DNA of 32,000 bases from Promethearchaeum syntrophicum (GCF_008000775.2 NZ_CP042905.2:1980001-2012000), one strand, 5' to 3'. Shown: positions 10,706 through 19,916, counted from the first letter of the stretch. Made by a program: numbers and translations. Notes: generated from the sequence alone by a model not told the origin.

Positions 10706-11395
10706 ATGGAGAATTACAAGAAAGAATTCATAAGTTTCATGATTGAATCTGGTGTGTTATTATTTGGTGATTTTATAACAAAAAGTGGACGTGAAACACC
10801 CTATTTTATCAATACTGGAAATTATAATACAGGAAACCAAATGAAGAAGCTTGGAAAGTTTTATGCTGCAGCAATAGATGAGAATTTCAGTGCTGAAGAA
10901 GTACAAGTTTTATTTGGTCCCGCATATAAAGGTATCCCTTTAACCATAACAACATCTATAGCATTAGGTAATGAATCCAATAGAGATATCTCTTTTTGTT
11001 TTAATCGAAAAGAATCAAAAGATCATGGGGAGAGAGGGAATTTTATTGGAAAGAAATTGGAAAACGGAGATAAAATAATTATTGTAGAAGATGTTTTAAC
11101 TTCTGGTATTTCAGTACGTGAATCAATTTCAATGCTTAATAAAGCTGCATTTATTCATATCCTTGGATTAGTTGTTTCGGTAGATCGAATGGAAAGAGGC
11201 CGAACTCAAAAAAATGCTTTGAAAGAAATTCGAGATCAATACAATATTAAAACATGCGCTATAGTAACCCTTGATGAAATTATCGAATTTCTTCATAATA
11301 AAGAAATAAATGGTAAAGTATACATTGATGATGAAATGAAAAACAAGATTGATGAATATAGAGCTAAGTACGGTGCAATTGATGAAGAAATCTAA
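10706..11395 (+). CDS. pyrE: Orotate phosphoribosyltransferase
   Basis: PRPP-binding loop IIIVEDVLTSGISVRES; KSGRETPYFINTGNYNTG and FGPAYKGIPL motifs. The ORF extends to a TTG at 10676, but the ATG at 10706 (MENYKKEF) is the more likely start. Confidence 0.92.
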   Translation: MENYKKEFISFMIESGVLLFGDFITKSGRETPYFINTGNYNTGNQMKKLGKFYAAAIDENFSAEEVQVLFGPAYKGIPLTITTSIALGNESNRDISFCFNRKESKDHGERGNFIGKKLENGDKIIIVEDVLTSGISVRESISMLNKAAFIHILGLVVSVDRMERGRTQKNALKEIRDQYNIKTCAIVTLDEIIEFLHNKEINGKVYIDDEMKNKIDEYRAKYGAIDEEI

Positions 11396-12041
11396 AATAA
11401 ACATTTCAAAGAAACAAAAAAAGGAAGCAATTCTTGCAGTGCTAATGGTCGTTATAGCAGTCGGAGGAACATTTGGGTTTCTAGGAATTTTGAGGTTAAC
11501 TCTAAAAACAGATAATCCTCTGGTTGTTGTTACATCAGAATCGATGGTCCCTACTATAGATGTTGGAGATTTATTGGTTATTCAAGGTAAAGATCCTGCT
11601 GAAATTGAAAATGAGACAATAATTCTTTATGATTCCCGAGGTTTATGGCCTAACCGTTATGTAGAAGAGCCAATTGTACATAGAGTTGTAGACAGATATG
11701 AAAATGAAACTGATGGTAAATGGTACTTTATTACTAAAGGAGACAACAATGACGATACAGATCCTCCAGATGGTGCATTTGGCTCCGAAATAGCCGTTCC
11801 AGAAGAAAGAGTTATCGGAATTGTAAAAACGATTATTCCGAAAATTGGGTTAGTTAAAATATGGATGGATAGTACTCCAGGGATTTCAACAATAATTCTA
11901 GTCGGACTGAGTATTGCTTTATTAATAAGCATTATTTGGGATATAACCCATCCAGAAGAAGATAAAAAAGAAGATAAAGAATTAGAAAATGAAGCAAATA
12001 TTGAATCCGAAGAAAAACCAGAAGTTGACTTAGGAATTTAG
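11382..12041 (+). CDS. Archaeal/ER-type signal peptidase I (copy 1)
   Basis: SESMVPTIDVGDLLVIQG (catalytic Ser), EPIVHRVVDRY (catalytic His in place of bacterial Lys), FITKGDNNDDTD (Asp). Hydrophobic N- and C-terminal segments. The ORF track starts at TTG 11349; the ATG at 11382 (MKKSKINISKKQKK) matches the N-terminus of copy 2. Confidence 0.9.
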   Translation: MKKSKINISKKQKKEAILAVLMVVIAVGGTFGFLGILRLTLKTDNPLVVVTSESMVPTIDVGDLLVIQGKDPAEIENETIILYDSRGLWPNRYVEEPIVHRVVDRYENETDGKWYFITKGDNNDDTDPPDGAFGSEIAVPEERVIGIVKTIIPKIGLVKIWMDSTPGISTIILVGLSIALLISIIWDITHPEEDKKEDKELENEANIESEEKPEVDLGI

Positions 12042-12113
12042 TTTTCCATTAGTTCTAAAAAATAGAAAATTTTTTTTTGCTAGTTCTTTTCTTTATATCA
12101 CAAGCATTAAGTT

Positions 12114-12806
12114 GTGAAAAAGATGAAAAAGCCCAAAAAGACTATAGCAAAGAAACAAAAAAAGGAAGCATTTACTACATTATTGCTGATTGTAATGGCT
12201 ATTGGAGGCACTTTTGCTTTTATCGGTATTCTAAAAGTAAGTTTAAAGACAGAAAACCCTCTGGTTGTAGTAATTTCAGATTCAATGGAACCGACTATAG
12301 ATATTGGAGATATGTTGGTCATTCAAGGAAAAAACCCCGCTGAAATTGAAAATGGAACTATAATTCTTTATGATTCTCGGGATTTATGGCCGAATTTTTA
12401 TGTACCTGAGCCAATTGTACATAGGGTCGTTGAGAGATATTATAATAATTCCGATGAGAAATGGTATTTCATTACACTAGGAGACAATAATGACGATACC
12501 GACCCTCCAGATGGACCATTTGGAGATGAAATTCCAGTTCCGGAAGATAGGGTTATTGGAACAGTGAAATTAATTATTCCAAAAATTGGGAAAATCAAAA
12601 TGATGTTAGATGAAGCTAATGATGAAGTTCCTGGACTAACTACGATAATTCTCTTCGGGTTGAGTATTCTTCTAATTTTAAGTATTATGTGGGATTTAAC
12701 TCATCCAGAAGAGAAGGAAGATAAAAATTTAATAAAGCAGAAAGAATTAGAAGATAAAAAAAATGTTACACCTTTAGAAAGGTCAGAAGTTGATTTGGGA
12801 ATTTAG
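12114..12806 (+). CDS. Archaeal/ER-type signal peptidase I (copy 2)
   Basis: SDSMEPTIDIGDMLVIQG, EPIVHRVVERY, FITLGDNNDDTDPPDGPFG; nearly colinear with the preceding ORF, including the EVDLGI C-terminus. An internal start at the ATG at 12120 (MKKPKKTIAKK) is also possible. Confidence 0.9.
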   Translation: MKKMKKPKKTIAKKQKKEAFTTLLLIVMAIGGTFAFIGILKVSLKTENPLVVVISDSMEPTIDIGDMLVIQGKNPAEIENGTIILYDSRDLWPNFYVPEPIVHRVVERYYNNSDEKWYFITLGDNNDDTDPPDGPFGDEIPVPEDRVIGTVKLIIPKIGKIKMMLDEANDEVPGLTTIILFGLSILLILSIMWDLTHPEEKEDKNLIKQKELEDKKNVTPLERSEVDLGI

Positions 12807-13618
12807 TTTTTTGTTAGATTCATAAAAAATGTTGAAATTTTTTTTGTGATTTCATTTCCTTGAACATCTAAAGTCATGCTATGACCAGAATCATTAAACC
12901 ACGCGATTTCTATAGGTCCCTTAACATTCTCTTTAATTATTTCTGTAACGATTGGGTTAATGCCTGTATCATTCTTTGAATGACAGACCAAAATAGGGCA
13001 TTTTATTTTACTCAGATTTTTTTGCACATTTTTGGCTAATTTTCGCAATTCATTCGCTGATTTAAAACTTTCAAAGGGGTATTCCTCATTGAAAAATTTT
13101 TGATTTCTCTCTTTCTTGCGGAAAATATTCATAAATCCGATAAGAGGACTAAGAAAATTAACTAAGATTGGTAGTTTAATCGCAGGAGCTGTTACTGCAC
13201 AACCATCAACACATCCTTCAGAGGCTGCATTAAGAGCTAATGCTCCTCCCATTGATTGACCATAAATGAAAACTTTTTTATAAATTTTCTTGGCTTTATT
13301 AATTTCGTGACGAACTGCAGAAATCCAGTCTGTATATTTAATTTCAGATAATATTTTTTTAGCGATTTGATTATCTTTGAATCCATGTCCAGGTAATAAA
13401 GGTCCAGCAGAATCTATACCACTTTGAAAAATAGCATCTCCAACAGGTTTTGATTCAAATGTTGTAGCTGTCCATCCGTGAAGGCAAATTACGACTGAAT
13501 TATTTTCAATTCGATTCTTTTCATTTTTTAACCAAAAAGAATTAGAATATTGAAGAAGGGTTTCTTGATTATTCCCAATTTTTCCGTCGAATGCGGACAT
13601 CCAAAATCTATTTTTCAT
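12803..13618 (-). CDS. Alpha/beta hydrolase (carboxylesterase / monoacylglycerol-lipase-like)
   Basis: HGWTATTFE oxyanion region, nucleophile elbow GQSMGG, ILVCHSKNDTGI (Asp) and NDSGHSMTLD (His) complete the triad. Confidence 0.88.
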   Translation of the reverse strand: MKNRFWMSAFDGKIGNNQETLLQYSNSFWLKNEKNRIENNSVVICLHGWTATTFESKPVGDAIFQSGIDSAGPLLPGHGFKDNQIAKKILSEIKYTDWISAVRHEINKAKKIYKKVFIYGQSMGGALALNAASEGCVDGCAVTAPAIKLPILVNFLSPLIGFMNIFRKKERNQKFFNEEYPFESFKSANELRKLAKNVQKNLSKIKCPILVCHSKNDTGINPIVTEIIKENVKGPIEIAWFNDSGHSMTLDVQGNEITKKISTFFMNLTKN

Positions 13619-13671
13619 ATTGGATTATAGGTCACCACATTTTTTTAGTTCTTCTTAATTAGAATTTTATA

Positions 13672-14610
13672 ATGGAAAAAAAAAAGGAACGAAAAAATAA
13701 ATATATCCCTAATTTAGCAGAATTTTATTTCAAACCAGATTATGATTGGTCGATTGAAGAAGCTAAAAAATTATTTAGTAGTAAAAAAAATAAAAACTTG
13801 GATAAAATTTTTTATAAAGATTGTGTTGACGGAATGCGAGATCTTCTTCCTGAATCAATAGATTTAATAATTGCTGATCCGCCTTTCGGACTTGATTTCA
13901 CAGGAAAAGAATCACTATACAATAGGAATTCCGAGTATGTAGTTGATGGATATCAAGAGATAAAAATTACAGATTATAAAAAATTTACATCGCGTTGGAT
14001 TCTGGAAATACCACGAATTCTTAAAACTCATGGATCCGCATATATTTTTTCTGGATGGACAAATTTACTTCCTATTTTGCAATCAATTGAAGAATCCGGA
14101 TTAATTTTACGAAATCATCTAATATGGCAGTATAATTTTGCAGTTTTTACGAAAAAAAAATTTGCGAGTAGTCATTATCATATTTTATATGTTGTAAAAG
14201 ATGAAAAAAATGTCTTCTTCAATCGAATTAAGCATTATGAAACGGATACATGGACAATTTCGAGGAAATACAAACCAAATCAAACAAAAAATGGAACTAA
14301 ATTACCCAATGATTTGGTTCGAAAATGTATAAATTATAGCAGTAAACCCGGAGATTTGGTCTTGGATCCTTTTACGGGTAATGCAACAACTCAAATTGCT
14401 TCCAAGGGAGAGTTTCGTCATTATATTGGGTTTGAAATCAATAAAAATGTAAGAGAGACCATAGAGAACAATCTTGATTCAATTAAAGAAGGGGAAAACT
14501 ATAAACCGTATCATGAAAGAATTTCTTCAATTGAAGAGTTGGCTAAAAAATATCCTAAAACGTATGATGTTTATAAAAAAAAAATAATAAAAGACTCTAA
14601 TATTTCTTAA
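13672..14610 (+). CDS. Site-specific DNA methyltransferase, N6-adenine/N4-cytosine type, beta-class motif order
   Basis: Catalytic motif IIADPPFGLDF near the N-terminus and AdoMet motif DLVLDPFTGNATT near the C-terminus. Confidence 0.88.
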   Translation: MEKKKERKNKYIPNLAEFYFKPDYDWSIEEAKKLFSSKKNKNLDKIFYKDCVDGMRDLLPESIDLIIADPPFGLDFTGKESLYNRNSEYVVDGYQEIKITDYKKFTSRWILEIPRILKTHGSAYIFSGWTNLLPILQSIEESGLILRNHLIWQYNFAVFTKKKFASSHYHILYVVKDEKNVFFNRIKHYETDTWTISRKYKPNQTKNGTKLPNDLVRKCINYSSKPGDLVLDPFTGNATTQIASKGEFRHYIGFEINKNVRETIENNLDSIKEGENYKPYHERISSIEELAKKYPKTYDVYKKKIIKDSNIS

Positions 14611-15781
14611 AAAATGTACTTTTAATTACAATAGCAATTCCTACTCCGATAATTAAGATCCCTGTTCCGATTACATATGGATTGCTAAAAAAAGTCTCTT
14701 TACTTGAAAATTTCTCAATAAAACCTAATGTAGGATCGAAGGTTTCGTATACATATTGTAAAGCTGTTCTTCCAGTTATTTCCAAACTTTCTTCTGAAAT
14801 ATTTTCGATTGTGTCACCAGAAGTATGATGATACGGCCAACCACAATTAAGATTATCAAATTCGATGATTAAATCTAGGGTTGGGATACCTTTTTGAGCA
14901 AATGGAACATGGTCATCAATATAAGTTCTAGTTGCACCATTCAGGGGAAAATTAACTTCGTAGCCTAATGAATTTCCAATTTTAAAAACCTCGTCAGTAA
15001 GATCATCATTACTATGACTTTCACGAATAAATTTAAGATTAGTTCCGCCAACCATATCAAAAAGAATAAAAGAATGAATAGTATCTAATGATTGACCTTC
15101 TCTGAAATAAATATTGGGTTGATTTTCCATCTCTTCAACCATCCATTCACTTCCTTCACACCAATCCCATCCATTTATTCCAGAAATTCCACGACTTTCT
15201 CCTTGATCTTCTGCATCAAAGAAAACAAACCAAAAAGAAACATTCCAATTAATTTTTGCTTCTGCTATTACACGTGCCATTTCCATCATCACAGCTACAC
15301 CACTACCCCCATCATTTGCTCCATCTATTGGTTCTGAACGTAAAGAAGAGTTAGGATCTTTTTCAGCAACCGCTCGGGAATCATAATGAGATGCAAATAT
15401 TACAATTTGAGATTTATTTGGATTTATTCGCGAAATAATATTATTACATTGAAATCCATTGATTGAAAAATTATATAATGCAGATTCTCCATATTTTTGC
15501 ATTTCTGAGCTTATATTTTTTGCACAATCAAAACTTCCGTTTGAACCAGGTATTCTATCTCCAAAAGAAAGTTGTGTTTCAATATTATTATAGGCAAATG
15601 AAGAATTAAATTCATCCGCTAAAGTTGTGTTCAAAAATGGTTGACTATTTAATGGTTTATCTTCTAGAATTTGTAAATAAGAATCAATTGGTGTTATTAA
15701 CGAAATAGACATACTTAAACTGACAATTATAATTAAATTAATGAGGAAAAATCTAAAAAATCGAATCAATTTTTTCTTCAT
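14597..15781 (-). CDS. Membrane-anchored M28-family zinc peptidase / glutaminyl-cyclase-like protein
   Basis: FASHYDSR, DGANDGGSGVAVMMEMAR, FFDAEDQGE, DDHVPFAQKGIPTLDLI, YHHTSGDT metal-ligand pattern; hydrophobic segments at both termini. Confidence 0.87.
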   Translation of the reverse strand: MKKKLIRFFRFFLINLIIIVSLSMSISLITPIDSYLQILEDKPLNSQPFLNTTLADEFNSSFAYNNIETQLSFGDRIPGSNGSFDCAKNISSEMQKYGESALYNFSINGFQCNNIISRINPNKSQIVIFASHYDSRAVAEKDPNSSLRSEPIDGANDGGSGVAVMMEMARVIAEAKINWNVSFWFVFFDAEDQGESRGISGINGWDWCEGSEWMVEEMENQPNIYFREGQSLDTIHSFILFDMVGGTNLKFIRESHSNDDLTDEVFKIGNSLGYEVNFPLNGATRTYIDDHVPFAQKGIPTLDLIIEFDNLNCGWPYHHTSGDTIENISEESLEITGRTALQYVYETFDPTLGFIEKFSSKETFFSNPYVIGTGILIIGVGIAIVIKSTFFKKY

Positions 15782-16015
15782 ATATATTATTAAGAAAGAA
15801 GGTAATTTTTATTTTGACTTCTTTTCAACTAAAAAAAAATAGCATTTCTTCTAATTTATGATACAATTCTAGTTAAAAATTAAAAAAAGATAGATTAGAG
15901 CTAGGCCTATCTGTCGGATTAGACACTACGCGGAGAATATTTATTAAAAAATTAATAAATGCATTGAATTACATTCAATTTATTCTATGGCTAATTCGAT
16001 CGATTAACCTAACCC

Positions 16016-16023
16016 TATATAAA
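16016..16023 (+). promoter_or_regulatory. Candidate TATA box inside the large intergenic gap
   Basis: TATATAAA in the context CCCTATATAAATTTAAG, over 600 nt from the next + strand start codon. Confidence 0.3.
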
Positions 16024-16650
16024 TTTAAGAGTTCAAATATTTAAAACTATCTGTCATTTCCTTTCTGTAATGAGTATATTGTACAATAATTAAGACCGTG
16101 TTTTTTCCTACAGTGAGAATAATTGTTAGTTTTTTCGATTAGAGAATAAAATTTAAAGAAAAAAATGATTAAGCCCGTATTTTTGAAATTTTTTTCTTCA
16201 ATCTTAAGGATGAAGATTTAAAAAAAACACAGTCATCCTTCTGAATTTATTAACGAGGCAATAAAATTTTTCAGAACGGAAGAAAAAATCATTAATTTTC
16301 TTCGGATATTATTATTTTCTATGCAAATTGATCATAGATTTCCTAAAGCCATAAGGTGATTATTTCAATAAAATTCGATATTTTAAAAATATTATAGGTT
16401 AAATTTTAAGATCATAACAAAAAATCTGTAATTTTCGATATGTGGGATAATTTGGGAATTATTAATTTTTCTCAAGGTATGTGGTAAATACTTTAATGCC
16501 CTTCACAAAAACAATATTTCTCGATCAATTTGATGTTTGAATTTTACATTTTTATCGTGATTTTCATTTTTATCGGGTGCTATCTAAAATGAAAAACCAA
16601 GCAGAAAAAAAATAGAAATTTTATTCAAGAATTTTAAATTGATTTTATCA

Positions 16651-17409
16651 ATGTCACATTTTTTTGATCCACAAACAAGCTTAGCTATAGATATCATTAA
16701 AAAATCTAAAAATATTGTTGCTTTTACAGGAGCAGGAATATCCACAGAAAGTGGAATTGCAGATTTTCGTTCACCTGGAGGATTATGGAGCCAATTCGAT
16801 CCTGACAAATACGCCGATTATAATGTATTTTTACAAAATCCGGAATTTTATTGGAAATTGGAAAGGACATTGGGAAAAATATTCCAAAATGCAAAACCGA
16901 ATAAAGCTCATAAAGCACTTGTAAAGTTGGAGAAAAAAGGGAAATTAAAAGCCATAATAACCCAAAATATCGATAATTTGCACCAGAAAGCGGGTTCAAA
17001 AATTCCAATAATAGAATTACATGGAAATGCACGTAATGCTAAATGTCTGGATTGTGGCCAAGAAATATCTCGTAATTATATAAATAAAAATCTAAAACAC
17101 AGTAAAAATATCCCTGTTTGTCCTTATTGTAGTGGGAGAATAAAAACCAATGCTCTATTATTTAATGAACCTTTCCCCGAAGAAATCATGAAAAAAGCAA
17201 TTTCTTTGGCCGAAAACTGTGATTTAATGTTAATTTTGGGTTCCTATTTATCAGTTTTTCCTGCAAATCAGATTCCTCTAATAGCAAGAAAAGCAGGTGC
17301 ATCATTAATTTTTATTAATTATGAACCAACTCATTTTGATAAATATGCTACTTTAAGAATGCTGGGAGAACTCGGGTCCTATTTACCTTTGATTGTAGCG
17401 GGTGTTTAA
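16651..17409 (+). CDS. Sir2-family NAD-dependent protein deacylase
   Basis: FTGAGISTESGIADFRSPGGLW, ITQNIDNLHQKAG, ELHGN, paired zinc cysteines CLDC...CPYC, GSYLSVFPA. The ORF extends to a TTG at 16639; the ATG at 16651 is likely. Confidence 0.93.
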   Translation: MSHFFDPQTSLAIDIIKKSKNIVAFTGAGISTESGIADFRSPGGLWSQFDPDKYADYNVFLQNPEFYWKLERTLGKIFQNAKPNKAHKALVKLEKKGKLKAIITQNIDNLHQKAGSKIPIIELHGNARNAKCLDCGQEISRNYINKNLKHSKNIPVCPYCSGRIKTNALLFNEPFPEEIMKKAISLAENCDLMLILGSYLSVFPANQIPLIARKAGASLIFINYEPTHFDKYATLRMLGELGSYLPLIVAGV

Positions 17410-18172
17410 TTTGGCAAAAAAAAAGAAAAATACTGCTGGAAAAGTGGATGAACATTATTGGGATTCTATGGATTTATTAAGTGATAATGATAGAGAAGAA
17501 TATTACTCATCTAAAAGCACCTCTTCTAAAGCTACAACGATGAAAAACGAAGCACTACATGATGAAAAAAGTGAATTCCAAGGAAAATTAAGAAAAATCT
17601 TTTTTCCCGAAGAATATAAAACTCCACAAAAGGAAGAGTACGAGCCTAAAGATTATGTTTATATTCAAATGAAATTAAATATTGAAAACCTCCCTAAAGA
17701 GTTTCTAAAAGAATTAGATGAGTTTCGAGTAAGTGGAATTTCAATAAGAGAATGTGATGAAGATTGTCTTCCAATTTTTGTTAAATTATATAATCGTTCG
17801 TTTATGTTAGGAAGTGACCCATATAGTCCTGCTACCGAAGAACAGTTTCGAGTAATTTTAAAAGATGAAACAACTGTTGTCTTAATTGGTTCTAAATCAG
17901 GTGAAGATGTTGGCTTTATCATAATTGACATTTTTTCAGAAAATGAAAGTGATGAACGAGATATTGGAGTGATTGCAGGATTAGGGACAGATCCAAGATG
18001 GCAACGTCAAGGAATTGGGCGATATTTAGGAATTGCTTCATGGGATTACTTTAGAAAAAAATTTAATTTAAAAGAATTGAGATGTGAAGTTTACGAAAAA
18101 AATTTGCCTTCATATAACTTGATTAAAAGTCTTCATTTTGAAGAATATGGGAAAAAATCATATAAATTTTAG
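17402..18172 (+). CDS. GNAT-family N-acetyltransferase (RimI-like)
   Basis: AGLGTDPRWQRQGIGRYLGIASWDYF acetyl-CoA motif A and YEKNLPSYNLIKSLHFEEYG motif B. Start is GTG 17402 (8-nt overlap with sir2) or TTG 17411. Confidence 0.85.
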   Translation: MFNLAKKKKNTAGKVDEHYWDSMDLLSDNDREEYYSSKSTSSKATTMKNEALHDEKSEFQGKLRKIFFPEEYKTPQKEEYEPKDYVYIQMKLNIENLPKEFLKELDEFRVSGISIRECDEDCLPIFVKLYNRSFMLGSDPYSPATEEQFRVILKDETTVVLIGSKSGEDVGFIIIDIFSENESDERDIGVIAGLGTDPRWQRQGIGRYLGIASWDYFRKKFNLKELRCEVYEKNLPSYNLIKSLHFEEYGKKSYKF

Positions 18173-18187
18173 GGATTCTGAATAAAA

Positions 18188-19354
18188 TTGAGTGTCTTTC
18201 TAAATAAGAGAGCTAAAGGAAAATTAAGAATAGAAAAACCATCTCAAAAACCATTTTTATTCCATCAAAAACTGCCTGAATACAAAATTACCCCTTTAAT
18301 TTCTTTAAAATCCTTAGCAAAAAATTTAAAAATTGGTAATATCTGGGTAAAAGATGAATCAAATCGTTTAGGACTGCCCGCTTTTAAAATTCTTGGGGCA
18401 TCTTGGGCAGTATATCGGAATATCGAAGAAAAATTCAATATTCATAGTGAAAATAACGAAAATTTTCCAGAATTTATTAAAAAAATTAAAAAAATTCCTT
18501 CTATCACCTTAATAACCGCAACTGATGGAAATCATGGCCGTGCGGTAGCAAGGATTGCTAAATTATATAGTTGGAACGCAAAAATTTTCATGCCTGAAGG
18601 ATCTAAAGAAGCAAGAATAAATGCAATATTATCTGAAGGTGCGCAAGTTATTATAGTTAAGGGAGATTATGACTTGGCAGTTCAAGAAGCTGCAAAACTT
18701 GAATCCAAACTTAATTGGGTTATTCAAGATACAGCCTATGAAAATTACGAAAAAATTCCCAAATGGATTATTGAAGGATATTCTACTCTATGTTGGGAAA
18801 TTGATAATCAACTTTCTCATTCTAAAATTGATTTGATTTTCATTCAAATCGGAGTCGGAAGTCTAGCGTCGGCCATTATTAAATTCTATAAGCATGAAAA
18901 CTATAATGAAAGTCCAAAAATTTTAGGAATCGAACCCTTAGGGGTAGCTTGTGCTAAAGAATCCGTCAAAGCAGGAAAAATTGTAACAATCAATGGCCCT
19001 TATAACTCCATTATGGCGGGATTGAATTGTGGGACTATTTCTAAAATATCTTGGCCACTAATTTTAGCTGGAATAGATGGTTTTATTGAAGTTAGTAATG
19101 ATTTTGCGATTAAAGGAATGAAAACATTTTCAAATGACGGAATCATTTCTGGTGAAACGGGAGCTTCTGGATTGGGAGGTCTTTTGGAGCTTACAGAACA
19201 AGATAATGGGAAGTTATTTAGACACCAATTCAATTTAAATGAAAATAGCAATGTCTTAATTTTTTCTACTGAAGGTGCCACAGATCCGGATTTTTATAAT
19301 AATGAAATAAAAAAGTCTAATATTTTTGAAAAAAAGTACTTAAAATCTTGTTAA
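18188..19354 (+). CDS. PLP-dependent fold-type II enzyme, diaminopropionate ammonia-lyase-like
   Basis: KDESNRLGLPAFKILGASWA (PLP Lys), TATDGNHGRAVARIA, IFMPEGSKEARINAILSEGA, GVGSLASAIIKF, SGETGASGLGG. Confidence 0.82.
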   Translation: MSVFLNKRAKGKLRIEKPSQKPFLFHQKLPEYKITPLISLKSLAKNLKIGNIWVKDESNRLGLPAFKILGASWAVYRNIEEKFNIHSENNENFPEFIKKIKKIPSITLITATDGNHGRAVARIAKLYSWNAKIFMPEGSKEARINAILSEGAQVIIVKGDYDLAVQEAAKLESKLNWVIQDTAYENYEKIPKWIIEGYSTLCWEIDNQLSHSKIDLIFIQIGVGSLASAIIKFYKHENYNESPKILGIEPLGVACAKESVKAGKIVTINGPYNSIMAGLNCGTISKISWPLILAGIDGFIEVSNDFAIKGMKTFSNDGIISGETGASGLGGLLELTEQDNGKLFRHQFNLNENSNVLIFSTEGATDPDFYNNEIKKSNIFEKKYLKSC

Positions 19355-19916
19355 ATAAATCTTTTTCAAATATATCTGGTAAAAAATCTGGGATAACCTG
19401 AAGTATTAAATTATTAGCATATATAGATTTTTCATTTTTATTTAGAGCAATTTTGGTATAATTTTGAAAGTTCAAAGATATGTAGGGATATATATTCTGC
19501 ATTTTTTTAATCACTGAACTAATATCTGGATATTTTATTCTTTTATCTGTTATGCTACTTTTTGGAACAATAGGAAAATTATTCAGAAAGATGGATGCCT
19601 TGGGATGGATATATTGAAGGTTTCGTATCATTTCTAATGGTTCAAGGGCAATCATTAAATCTATACTCTTATTCGAGGGGACTGGTGCAATATATTGGGT
19701 GTTTTCTTGAATATCCGAAGGTTTAGCTTTAAAAAAATAACGAATTAAGCAGTATGTGGAACCTTCTCGTTGAGAAACTCCACGATTTTCGATTGAGATT
19801 AAGTTTGCTAGATGAGATAAACGCATAGCATATTCTCGGAAAAATTTTCCCATAGTCATAACACCTTGCCCACCAACACCTACTATCATTATATTATAAA
19901 AGCCATCTTTAATCAT
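19317..19916 (-). CDS. iorB: Indolepyruvate ferredoxin oxidoreductase, beta subunit
   Basis: Start MIKDGFYNIMIVGVGGQGVMTMGKFF; ISIENRGVSQREGSTYCLIR; immediately downstream of iorA with an ATGA overlap. Confidence 0.87.
   Translation of the reverse strand: MIKDGFYNIMIVGVGGQGVMTMGKFFREYAMRLSHLANLISIENRGVSQREGSTYCLIRYFFKAKPSDIQENTQYIAPVPSNKSIDLMIALEPLEMIRNLQYIHPKASIFLNNFPIVPKSSITDKRIKYPDISSVIKKMQNIYPYISLNFQNYTKIALNKNEKSIYANNLILQVIPDFLPDIFEKDLFNKILSTFFQKY

Noticed and set aside
11168-11404. 78-aa minus-strand ORF overlapping pyrE
   Set aside because: pyrE has clear motifs on the other strand; this frame is Phe/Ile-rich shadow sequence.
12077-12343. 88-aa + strand ORF and 71-aa minus-strand ORF over signal peptidase copy 2
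   Set aside because: The + ORF is an out-of-frame reading of the signal peptidase and the other is antisense.
15092-15337. 81-aa + strand ORF over the M28 gene
   Set aside because: His/Cys-rich look comes from antisense of metal-ligand-containing coding sequence.
16584-17032. ORFs of 74 aa, 69 aa and 102 aa overlapping sir2
   Set aside because: All lie across the strongly supported Sir2 coding frame.
19000-19281. 93-aa minus-strand ORF inside the PLP enzyme gene
   Set aside because: Antisense with no support; the sense frame has catalytic motifs.
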